DNA of 50,740 bases from NCBI GenBank assembly GCA_937926065.1, contig CALANM010000091.1, forward strand, positions 1-50,740, given 5' to 3'. Made by a program: the position numbers and the translations under genes. This DNA comes from an uncultured Microbacterium sp. GTDB lineage: Bacteria > Actinomycetota > Actinomycetes > Actinomycetales > Microbacteriaceae. The notes beneath the pieces are model-generated. The model made no database searches. It saw only the letters and a list, made by a program, of their open reading frames with translations, and was not told where the DNA came from. Shown here in pieces: positions 1 through 8,308 of the stretch (the first letter of the stretch is position 1; each line of letters begins with the position of its first letter).

Positions 1-223
1 GAAGGAGCCGCTCGCTCACTCCGATGAGGATCTCGGCGAGGAGCGCCTGCTTGTTAGTGAAGTGGCGGTAGACGGCCGGTCCGCTCACCCCGACTGCCGC
101 GCCGAGCTCCTCGAGGCTCACTCCGGTGAATCCGCGCTCGGCGAAGAGGCGCGCGGCTGCCTTGATGAGCGACGCATGGCGATCGGCTTTCGCCCGCTCG
201 CGATCGGTCACACCCATTGCCAT
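1..223 (-). CDS. TetR family transcriptional regulator (BkaR/Rv2506-like), 3' end outside window
   Basis: Manual translation from ATG at 223: MAMGVTDRERAKADRHASLIKAAARLFAERGFTGVSLEELGAAVGVSGPAVYRHFTNKQALL, a classic TetR HTH. Not in the supplied ORF track. Confidence 0.92.
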   Translation of the reverse strand, partial: MAMGVTDRERAKADRHASLIKAAARLFAERGFTGVSLEELGAAVGVSGPAVYRHFTNKQALLAEILIGVSERLL

Positions 224-227
224 TTCA

Positions 228-270
228 GTTAATCCTCGCTAACCTGGCATGTCAGTTAGTGAACACTAAC
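228..270. promoter_or_regulatory. Two TetR (BkaR-type) operator palindromes
   Basis: GTTAATCCTCGCTAAC (228-243) and GTTAGTGAACACTAAC (255-270). The second fits GTTANT-N4-ANTAAC exactly; the first has one mismatch. They lie between the divergent tetR and acyl-CoA dehydrogenase genes. Confidence 0.8.
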
Positions 271-328
271 CGGTCGTGTCGCGCGGCGACAACGGCCGTG
301 ACGCGATCGTGACGTCGATGGAGATGAC

Positions 329-1486
329 ATGAGCACCGCTGAGGCGCACCTCACCGACGAGGAGCGCGAGCTTTCCCGGCTTGTCCGCCAATTCGCTGAT
401 GAGGTGGTCGCTCCGGCGGCATACGAAGCCGACCGCACCAAGACCCTTCCGATGGACGTCGTCGCCCAGATGGGCGAGCTGGGACTGTTCGGGCTGCCGT
501 TCGCTGAAGAGTACGGGGGGCAGGGCGGCGACTACTTCGCCCTGTGTCTCGCGATCGAGGGCCTCGCCCGCGTCGACCAGTCGATAGCGATCACCCTCGA
601 AGCCGGCGTCAGCCTCGGCGCGATGCCTGTCTACCGGTTCGGCAGCGAAGAGCAGAAGCGAGAGCTGCTCCCGCCACTGCTGCGGGGCGAGGCGCTCGCG
701 GGGTTCGGTCTCACCGAGCCGGAGGCGGGATCGGATGCCGGGGCGACCCGCACGATGGCGCGTCTCGAGGCGGGCGAATGGGTCATCGACGGAGCGAAGC
801 AGTTCATCACCAACTCGGGCACGCCGATCACCCGCTTCGTGACGGTGACGGCCGTGACCGGACAGAGCGACGGGCGCAAGGAGATCTCGACGATCATCGT
901 CCCCTCCGGAACGCCCGGCTTCACGGTCGGACCCGCCTACGACAAGGTGGGCTGGCACGCGTCCGACACCCATCCGCTCGTGTTCGAGGGCGCGCGCGTC
1001 CCCGAGTCGAACCTGCTCGGCGAGCGCGGCCGTGGTTTCGCGAACTTCCTCCACATCCTCGACGAAGGACGGATCGCCATCGCGGCGCTGGCGACGGGAG
1101 CGGCCGAAGGGTGCCTGGAGGCGGCGCTCGACTACTCGCAGCAGCGCGAGGTCTTCGGCGAGTCGCTGTCGTCGCGGCAGAACGTCCAGTTCGCGCTGGC
1201 CCGCATGCAGCAGCGCGTGCACGTGGCGCGCCTGGCCTGGCACCACGCGGCGCGGCTGCGCGATGCAGGAAAGCCCTTCAAGGTCGAGGCGGCGATGGCC
1301 AAGCTCACCGCCAGCGATGCCGCTATGGACAACGCGCGCGATGCGACCCAGATCTTCGGCGGCAACGGCTTCATGAACGAGTACCCGGTGGCACGGCACT
1401 ACCGCGACTCGAAGATCCTCGAGATCGGCGAGGGCACCAGCGAGGTGCAGCTCCTCGTCATCGCCCGCGCGCTCGGCATCGCCTGA
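329..1486 (+). CDS. Acyl-CoA dehydrogenase (FadE19/isovaleryl-CoA dehydrogenase-like)
   Basis: Motifs FGLTEPEAGSDA, IDGAKQFITN, QIFGGNGFMNEYPVARHYRDSKILEIGEGTSEVQ; SD GGAG upstream. Confidence 0.95.
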   Translation: MSTAEAHLTDEERELSRLVRQFADEVVAPAAYEADRTKTLPMDVVAQMGELGLFGLPFAEEYGGQGGDYFALCLAIEGLARVDQSIAITLEAGVSLGAMPVYRFGSEEQKRELLPPLLRGEALAGFGLTEPEAGSDAGATRTMARLEAGEWVIDGAKQFITNSGTPITRFVTVTAVTGQSDGRKEISTIIVPSGTPGFTVGPAYDKVGWHASDTHPLVFEGARVPESNLLGERGRGFANFLHILDEGRIAIAALATGAAEGCLEAALDYSQQREVFGESLSSRQNVQFALARMQQRVHVARLAWHHAARLRDAGKPFKVEAAMAKLTASDAAMDNARDATQIFGGNGFMNEYPVARHYRDSKILEIGEGTSEVQLLVIARALGIA

Positions 1487-1502
1487 GCGATAGCGTGGCA
1501 GT

Positions 1503-2324
1503 GTGACCGACACGCCTTCGCCGTTCGATCTCGGCCCCGCCCTGCTGTTCTGCCCCGCCGATCGCCCTGAGCGGTTCGCGAAGGCGGCCGCGCGCGCCGA
1601 CGCCGTGATCCTCGACCTCGAGGACGCGGTCGCGCCGGATGCCAAGACCGCCGCCCGCGGCAGCCTGATCGACGCCAGCCTCGACCCGGAGCGCGTCATC
1701 GTGCGTGTCAACCCCGCCGGATCCGAGGAGTTCGAGGCCGACATGGCGACACTGCCGCAGACGGACTTCCGCACCATCATGGTCGCCAAAGCGGAGTCGG
1801 CGAAGCGGATCGGGCGCATCGACCCACGGTTTCGGGTGATCGCGCTCTGCGAGACCGCGAAGGGCGTGGCGTCCGCCGAGAAGATCGCCGCGCTGGACAA
1901 CGTCGTCGCCCTCATGTGGGGCGCCGAAGACCTCGTCGCGTCGCTGGGCGGCACGTCGAGTCGCAAGCCGAAGGGCGGCTACCGCGACATCGCCCGTCAC
2001 GCCCGTTCACGGGTGCTTCTGGCTGCCGGCGCGAACGGGGTGGCCGCCATCGACGCGGTGCATCTCGACATCTCCGATGAACGGGGGCTGCGTCGCGAAG
2101 CTCAGGATGCCGCTGCGAGCGGATTCGCGGCCACCGCCTGCATTCACCCTTCGCAGGTCGACGTGATCCGCCGTGCGTACGCGCCCTCCGACGCCGATCT
2201 GTCATGGGCGAAGGGAGTGCTCGACGCCGCCGTCGGTCAGCGGGGCGTCTTCCGCTTCGAAGGGCGCATGGTCGACGAGCCCGTGCTGCGCCACGCTCGC
2301 GCGCTCGTGCGCCGCGCAGGCTGA
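1503..2324 (+). CDS. CitE-like CoA-ester lyase (HpcH/HpaI aldolase-citrate lyase family)
   Basis: ILDLEDAV, VRVN, CET, WGAEDL, CIHPSQV, GRMVDEP motifs. Confidence 0.92.
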   Translation: MTDTPSPFDLGPALLFCPADRPERFAKAAARADAVILDLEDAVAPDAKTAARGSLIDASLDPERVIVRVNPAGSEEFEADMATLPQTDFRTIMVAKAESAKRIGRIDPRFRVIALCETAKGVASAEKIAALDNVVALMWGAEDLVASLGGTSSRKPKGGYRDIARHARSRVLLAAGANGVAAIDAVHLDISDERGLRREAQDAAASGFAATACIHPSQVDVIRRAYAPSDADLSWAKGVLDAAVGQRGVFRFEGRMVDEPVLRHARALVRRAG

Positions 2325-2336
2325 CCTGTTCGCGTC

Positions 2337-2942
2337 TCAGACGGGCGCGCCCGCGTAGTCGATGAGACTGAGACGCTCTCGTTCCATGAGGAACGTGTGC
2401 GCCGAGCCGTTGGGCAGCCGTTCTCCCTCGCTGGGGAAGGCGCCTCCCGTCGCGTGACGGATGACCTCGCGGATGAGCGCACCGTGCGACACGATCACGA
2501 GAGCGGGTGCAGCGGGGAAGGTCGTGTGGCGAGCGTCGCGGATCGCCTCACGAAGACCGGCGAGCGCGCGGACACGCACGTCGGCCCACGCCTCAGCGCC
2601 GGGCACGACCGCCTGCTGCCACGGCCCCCAGCGTTCGAAGAATTCGACATCGCTGACGCCCTCAGCGTCACCGTAAGACCGCTCGCGCAGCGACCGGTAC
2701 GCGCGCGGCGCATCGACGCCGAGCTCCGCGGCGATGATCTCGGCCGTCTCGCGCGCCCGCGACAGATCGCTCGATGCCACGACGACGGGCGCATCGCTCG
2801 TGAGTCGCTCGCGCAGTCGTGCCGCGGCCTCGCGCGCCTGCGCCCGGCCCGTGTCGTTGAGCGGGATGTCGGTCGAGCCCTGGATGAGCCGGCGGGCGTT
2901 CCAGTCGGTCTCGCCGTGTCGGACGAGGGTCAGCGTGGTCAC
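2337..2942 (-). CDS. Histidine phosphatase (phosphoglycerate mutase family)
   Basis: LVRHGETDWN, SSDLSRARETA, LRERSYG, VSHG motifs. Confidence 0.93.
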   Translation of the reverse strand: MTTLTLVRHGETDWNARRLIQGSTDIPLNDTGRAQAREAAARLRERLTSDAPVVVASSDLSRARETAEIIAAELGVDAPRAYRSLRERSYGDAEGVSDVEFFERWGPWQQAVVPGAEAWADVRVRALAGLREAIRDARHTTFPAAPALVIVSHGALIREVIRHATGGAFPSEGERLPNGSAHTFLMERERLSLIDYAGAPV

Positions 2943-3008
2943 GAATCGAGCCTAACCGCCGCGCAGCGGGGCGGACGGCCTCGAGAGCGGGCGGCCGGTG
3001 ACGTGGCT

Positions 3009-3860
3009 TCAGCGCAGCGCGGTCAGTGCGGAGGTGAGCGCGCGCAGCACCTCAGTCGTGCCGGCATCGATCTTGACGGTCGCGCGGGCATCGGCCCTCG
3101 TCTGGCCGCGATTGACGATCACGACCGGCAGGCGCCGGCGGCGGGCCCGCTCGACGAGGCGCACGCCGGAGTTCACGACCAGTGATGAGCCGGCCACCAG
3201 CAGCGCGTCGCTGGTGCGCAGGAGCTGCTCAGCCTCGTGGAACTTCTCCAGGGGGACGAACTCGCCGAAGAAGACGACGTCGGGCTTGAGCATTCCGTCG
3301 CACACACTGCATGCGGGAACGACGAAGCCGTCGCTCGTCGATGGCAGGACATCGCCGTCGGGGCCGAGCTCGACGTTCTCGGGGACCGTGATCCACGGGT
3401 TGTCCGCCTCGACCCGCCGAGCGAGGTCGCGACGGTCGAACACCTGCCCGCAGTGCGTGCAGAACACGCGCCGCATCGTGCCATGGAGCTCGACGACCCG
3501 GCGGCTGCCGGCACGAAGGTGGAGGCCGTCGACGTTCTGAGTGATCACGCCTGTCGCCACTCCCGCGCGTTCGAGGTCGGCGAGCGCCTCGTGTCCGCCG
3601 TTGGGTCGCGACGCGGCGAACGCCCGCCAGCCGAGATGGCTGCCCACCCAGTACCGGCGGCGCGCGGACTCGTCGGTCAGGAACTGCTGCGCCGTCATAG
3701 GCGTGCGTACGGGCGCGCCCTTGCCCCGGTAGTCGGGGATGCCCGAGTCGGTCGAGACGCCGGCGCCGGTGAGCACAGCGACCCGGCGCCCGGCGAGCGC
3801 CTCCACGGCACGGCCGACGGCGGCCGTCGCGGGCTGATCCAGTTCGAGCAGGCTCGACAT
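3009..3860 (-). CDS. Sir2/CobB-family NAD-dependent protein deacylase
   Basis: GAGVSTDSGIPDYRG, TQNVDGLH, ELHG, two CxxC pairs, KPDVVFFGE, GSSL. ATG at 3860 follows a purine-rich SD. Confidence 0.95.
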   Translation of the reverse strand: MSSLLELDQPATAAVGRAVEALAGRRVAVLTGAGVSTDSGIPDYRGKGAPVRTPMTAQQFLTDESARRRYWVGSHLGWRAFAASRPNGGHEALADLERAGVATGVITQNVDGLHLRAGSRRVVELHGTMRRVFCTHCGQVFDRRDLARRVEADNPWITVPENVELGPDGDVLPSTSDGFVVPACSVCDGMLKPDVVFFGEFVPLEKFHEAEQLLRTSDALLVAGSSLVVNSGVRLVERARRRRLPVVIVNRGQTRADARATVKIDAGTTEVLRALTSALTALR

Positions 3861-3951
3861 CCGCACCCCTTCCGTCGACGCTGCGTGGTCCCGAGACTAC
3901 GCCTCGCGGTTTTCGGGGATGTTACGGCGGCGCGCGTGCGACAGTGGAAGG

Positions 3952-4782
3952 GTGCCGACCCCCTCCGCCCGCCCCGTCACGCCCATCTCGATCGACGACC
4001 CGGCCGACGAGCGCCTGGCCGACTATCGCGACCTCACCGATGTGGCGCTGCGCCGGGTGCTCGAGCCTGCGGGCGGCCTCTACATCGCTGAGTCGGCCAA
4101 GGTCATCGGCCGCGCGATCGGCGCCGGACACCGGCCGCGCTCGGTGCTCGTGCAGTCCAAATGGCTCGACGACGTCGTCACGCTGCTGACCGGTGCGGGC
4201 CTCGAGGACGTCCCCGTGTTCCTGGTCACAGATGCTGTCGCGGAGGCGCTGACCGGCTACACCGTGCACCGGGGCGCCCTGGCCGCCATGCACCGGCCCG
4301 CACTTCCCTCGGTCGAGGAGGCGGTCGCCGGGGCCCGTACGGTGCTGATCCTCGAAGACATCGTCGACCACACCAACGTCGGGGCCGCCTTCCGTGGCGC
4401 GGCGGGACTCGGCGCGGACGCCGTGCTCGTCACGCCACGGTGCGCCGACCCCCTCTACCGCCGCAGCGTGCGGGTCAGCATGGGAACGGTCTTCCAGGTG
4501 CCGTGGACGCGACTCCCGGAATGGCCGGAGGCAGGCCGCGTGCTCCACGACGCGGGGCTCCACCTCGCCGCCCTCGCCTTGCAGGAAGGGGCCGTGCCGC
4601 TCGACGAGTTCGCGGCGCATCGCCCAGCGCGCGTGGGACTGCTCTTGGGGACGGAAGGCGACGGCCTGTCCCGGCGCGCACTGCAGGTCGCCGACACCGT
4701 CGTGACGATCCCGATGGCAGGAGGCGTCGACTCACTCAACGTCGCCGCGGCATCCGCTGTCGCGCTGTGGGCCCTGCGCTGA
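3952..4782 (+). CDS. TrmH/SpoU family RNA 2'-O-methyltransferase
   Basis: DHTNVGAAFR, LLLGTEGDGL, IPMAGGVDSLNVAAA SPOUT motifs. Start GTG 3952 is inferred. Confidence 0.93.
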   Translation: MPTPSARPVTPISIDDPADERLADYRDLTDVALRRVLEPAGGLYIAESAKVIGRAIGAGHRPRSVLVQSKWLDDVVTLLTGAGLEDVPVFLVTDAVAEALTGYTVHRGALAAMHRPALPSVEEAVAGARTVLILEDIVDHTNVGAAFRGAAGLGADAVLVTPRCADPLYRRSVRVSMGTVFQVPWTRLPEWPEAGRVLHDAGLHLAALALQEGAVPLDEFAAHRPARVGLLLGTEGDGLSRRALQVADTVVTIPMAGGVDSLNVAAASAVALWALR

Positions 4783-4809
4783 CGATCGGCGTGCGCTCGC
4801 CGCTCCCAC

Positions 4810-5679
4810 TCAGGCGCGGGTCCCGGGCCGCGCCGTGCGGTCGCGATCCGGCGCGACGGTCTCGACGGGCAGGGGCTCGGGCCGCTTCGCCGTGACGTTG
4901 TCGCCCGAGGACTGGTGGCGCAGTCGCCGCAGCACCCACGGCACCAGATGCTGGCGCGCCCAGACGATGTCGTTCGCGCGAGCCTCGCGCCATGTGAGCG
5001 CCGGCAGAGGGTCGGGCTGCATCGGCACCAGGTCGTTGGGGACGTTGAGTGCGCGCAGCACCATGCGGGCGACCTCGTGGTGGCCGAGGGAGTTGTAGTG
5101 CAGTCGATCGTCGTCGAAGAACCGTGGATCCTGCACCTCCTTCAGCGCCCACTGGTCGGCCACGATGCAGTCGTACCTGTCGGCGATGGCGCGGATGTTC
5201 TCGTTGTAGATCGCGACTCGCCCGCGGATGCCGCGGAAGACGGGCGTGAAGTTCGTGTCGATGCCCGTGAACACGACGACGGTGGCCCCGTTCGACGACA
5301 GCCGCACGACGGCATCCTCGAACCGCGCCGCGACCGCGTCGGGATCGCCGCCGGGGCGGATGACGTCGTTGCCGCCGGCGGAGAACGTGACGAGATCGGG
5401 GGAGAGGGCCACGGCGGGCTCCACCTGGTCGGCGATGATCTGGCCGATCAGCTTGCCGCGCACGGCGAGGTTCGCGTACGCGAAGTCTTCCACCTGTGAT
5501 CCCAGCACCTCCGCGACGCGGTCGGCCCATCCGCGATGGTGGGTCGTACCCGGGATCGGGTCGCCGATGCCCTCCGTGAACGAGTCCCCGATGGAGACCA
5601 TGCGCCGCCACGGGTGAGCGGTCTGGTTGGGAATGTAGGGGGAGCGATTCTCGTCGGGCGTCGATTCGTTCTTGCTCAT
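4810..5679 (-). CDS. SGNH/GDSL hydrolase
   Basis: IGDSFTEG, NLAVRG, GGND, DRLH blocks. Start ATG 5679 follows GAGGAAGAGG; the track's longer N-terminus overlaps the helicase and is unlikely. Confidence 0.92.
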   Translation of the reverse strand: MSKNESTPDENRSPYIPNQTAHPWRRMVSIGDSFTEGIGDPIPGTTHHRGWADRVAEVLGSQVEDFAYANLAVRGKLIGQIIADQVEPAVALSPDLVTFSAGGNDVIRPGGDPDAVAARFEDAVVRLSSNGATVVVFTGIDTNFTPVFRGIRGRVAIYNENIRAIADRYDCIVADQWALKEVQDPRFFDDDRLHYNSLGHHEVARMVLRALNVPNDLVPMQPDPLPALTWREARANDIVWARQHLVPWVLRRLRHQSSGDNVTAKRPEPLPVETVAPDRDRTARPGTRA

Positions 5680-5729
5680 GCCTCTTCCTCGACTCGTGGT
5701 CGCCTCCGAGGCTACCCGGTGCAGGAGAC

Positions 5730-5751
5730 TGTCGGCCGGAGCGTTTAGGGT
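5730..5751 (+). promoter_or_regulatory. PafBC-type (RecA-NDp) promoter
   Basis: TGTCGG-ccggagcgtt-TA-ggg-T equals TGTCGG-N10-TA-N3-T and ends 8 nt before the helicase GTG. Confidence 0.65.
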
Positions 5752-5759
5752 GGTCACTC

Positions 5760-7598
5760 GTGACAGGGGACGAGCAGACGCATTTCGGCAGCTTCGCCGC
5801 CGAGCATCTGTCACCCGCCTTCCCCCAGCGAGCGCCGTGGGGAACCGCCCAGAACCTGCGCGCCTGGCAGGCCGAGGCTCTCGAGCAGTACTTCTCGGCA
5901 GACGGCCCCGACGGCCCGGGCAAGGGGCCGCGCGACTTCCTCGCCGCCGCAACCCCCGGCGCCGGAAAGACGACCTTCGCCCTTCGCCTGGCGTCTGAGC
6001 TGCTCCGTCGCGGCGTCGTCGACCGCATCGTCGTGGTCGCACCCACGGAGCACCTCAAGACGCAGTGGGCCGATGCCGCCGCACGAGTGTCCATCCGCCT
6101 CGACCCGCGCTTCACCAACCGGCAGGCCGCCCCCGCCCGGCACTACCACGGCGTCGCCGTCACCTACGCGCAGGTCGCGGTCAAGGCCTCGGTGCACCAG
6201 CGACTCACGATGGACGCCCGCACCCTCGTCATCCTCGACGAGGTGCATCACGGCGGCGACGCTCTCAGCTGGGGGGATGCGCTCCGCGAGGCCTACGGGC
6301 GGGCGACCCGCCGCGTCCTCCTGTCGGGCACGCCCTTCCGCAGCGACACGGCTCCCATTCCGTTCGTCGAGTACCACCCGAACGAGAAGGGCATCCGGAT
6401 CTCCCGGACCGACTACAACTACGGGTATGGCCGCGCGCTCGCCGACGGCGTCGTGCGCCCGGTGCTGTTCATGGTCTACGCCGGCAAGATGCGCTGGCGC
6501 AGCCGAGCGGGCGACGAGTACGAGGCGCATCTCGGTCAGGACAACACCAAGGACATCACGGCGCAGGCGTGGCGCACGGCCCTCGACCCGGAGGGCGACT
6601 GGATCCCCGCCGTCCTGCAGTCCGCCGACCGGCGGCTCACCGAGGTGCGCCAGGAGGTTCCGGATGCCGGCGGGCTCGTCATCGCGACCGACCAGACCGC
6701 CGCTCGCGCCTACGCCGCCATTCTCCGCCGCATCACGGGCGAGGCACCCACCGTCGTGCTCTCAGACGACAAGGCGGCATCGGGACGCATCGAAGCGTTC
6801 TCGCAGGCCACCACCCGGTGGATGGTCGCGGTGCGCATGGTGTCCGAAGGCGTCGACGTGCCGCGGCTGGCGGTGGGCGTGTATGCCACGAGCGCCTCGA
6901 CGCCGCTCTTCTTCGCCCAGGCGATCGGCCGCTTCGTGCGCGCTCGCCGCCGCGGTGAGACAGCGTCGGTCTTCCTTCCGAACGTCCCGCAGCTTCTCGA
7001 GCTGGCCGCGGAGCTGGAGCGTGAGCGCGACCACGCCCTCGACCGCGACACCGACGGAGACGACGACGGGCTCGACGACGACCTCCTCGACGCCGCCGAG
7101 CGTGAGGAGAAGGCGTCCGATGAGCTCCAGCAGGAGTTCTCGTATCAGGCGCTCGGCTCGGTGGCGCACTTCGACCGCGTCCTCTTCGACGGCAAGGAGT
7201 TCGGTCAGCTCGCCGTTCCCGGCACTCCCGAAGAGGAGGAGTTTCTCGGCATCCCGGGGCTGCTGGAGCCCGAGCACGTGCACGAGCTGCTCATGCAGCG
7301 TCAGGCGCGACAGTCCCGTCACCGCCGCATGCGCGAGCGGACGAGCGTGCCCGACGGCGCCACTGCGACGACGACCGATACGTCGGGCGACCTCCCCGCG
7401 CCCCTCCACCGCACCCTGCGTGAACAGCGGCAGCTGCTGAACTCGCTCGTGGGCCTCTACGCGCGCCAGAGCGGGGAGCCGCACGGCGCCGTCCACGCGG
7501 AGCTGCGACGCATCTGCGGCGGCCCGGAAGTCGCCCGAGCGACGGTGGCGCAGCTGCAGGCGCGCATCGACGTGCTCCGCAAGCGCGTGCGGTCCTGA
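5760..7598 (+). CDS. SF2 DEAD/DEAH-box helicase (Rv2917-like)
   Basis: ATPGAGKT Walker A, DEVHH, LSGTPFRSD, MVSEGVDVP, QAIGRFVR. Confidence 0.92.
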   Translation: MTGDEQTHFGSFAAEHLSPAFPQRAPWGTAQNLRAWQAEALEQYFSADGPDGPGKGPRDFLAAATPGAGKTTFALRLASELLRRGVVDRIVVVAPTEHLKTQWADAAARVSIRLDPRFTNRQAAPARHYHGVAVTYAQVAVKASVHQRLTMDARTLVILDEVHHGGDALSWGDALREAYGRATRRVLLSGTPFRSDTAPIPFVEYHPNEKGIRISRTDYNYGYGRALADGVVRPVLFMVYAGKMRWRSRAGDEYEAHLGQDNTKDITAQAWRTALDPEGDWIPAVLQSADRRLTEVRQEVPDAGGLVIATDQTAARAYAAILRRITGEAPTVVLSDDKAASGRIEAFSQATTRWMVAVRMVSEGVDVPRLAVGVYATSASTPLFFAQAIGRFVRARRRGETASVFLPNVPQLLELAAELERERDHALDRDTDGDDDGLDDDLLDAAEREEKASDELQQEFSYQALGSVAHFDRVLFDGKEFGQLAVPGTPEEEEFLGIPGLLEPEHVHELLMQRQARQSRHRRMRERTSVPDGATATTTDTSGDLPAPLHRTLREQRQLLNSLVGLYARQSGEPHGAVHAELRRICGGPEVARATVAQLQARIDVLRKRVRS

Positions 7599-7642
7599 GA
7601 GTCCGATCGGCCGACGCCGTGTGCACTTCTTAGACTCGTCGC

Positions 7643-8170
7643 ATGGCGGCCACCGGATACGCACAGGAGGACGCGCGTTATCGCTTCACCTCGCGCTGGA
7701 ATGTGCCCCAGTCACCTGACCGCTGCGCAGAGCTGCTCGCGGAGGCCCTCGACGCGGGCGGCTCACTGTCATGGTGGCGAGGTGTCGACATCGCCCGCGA
7801 GCCGGATGCGGGCGCGCCGCCGCACCCGACGCGGCCGCATGGTGCGGTCGTCCCCGGCGACCGCCTGATCATGCGGGTGCGCAGCCCCCTGGGGTACCGC
7901 CTCACGGTGCACCTCACCGTGACCGAGGCCGACCTGCCCCGGCTTCTCGTCGCCGCCGGAACAGGCGACCTGCGCGGAAGGGGCAGCGTCGAGATCGATC
8001 CGGCCGACGGCGGGTCCCAGGTGACGTGGCGCTGGCAGGTGACGCCCGCGCGGCCGTGGATGCGGGCGACCGGCATCATCCTGCGTCCCGCATTCGCCGC
8101 GGCGCACGCGGCCGTCATGCGTCGCGGCGAGCGTGGCCTGCGCGCGATCGCGACGACCGCGACGCCCTGA
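7643..8170 (+). CDS. SRPBCC/polyketide cyclase-like protein
   Basis: YRFTSRW N-terminus, WW motif, GDLRGRG, C-terminal H...MRRGERGL helix typical of actinobacterial SRPBCC proteins. Confidence 0.7.
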   Translation: MAATGYAQEDARYRFTSRWNVPQSPDRCAELLAEALDAGGSLSWWRGVDIAREPDAGAPPHPTRPHGAVVPGDRLIMRVRSPLGYRLTVHLTVTEADLPRLLVAAGTGDLRGRGSVEIDPADGGSQVTWRWQVTPARPWMRATGIILRPAFAAAHAAVMRRGERGLRAIATTATP

Positions 8171-8308
8171 TCCGCCGCGCCGCGCGATGTCCGTTCGGGA
8201 ATCCGAAATGCTGGCAATGCGGCTCGCCAGGCGCGAGACCCGCCGTCGTCGTCGCTAGCGTGGAACGGGCGACTGTGCCGCATCCCCTTCGACAGCTGTG
8301 AGGACGCC

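Noticed and set aside
3009-3860. Sir2 domain as a possible defence NADase
   Set aside because: It has the Zn-binding CxxC pairs and full motifs of a canonical protein deacylase, with no defence partner genes.
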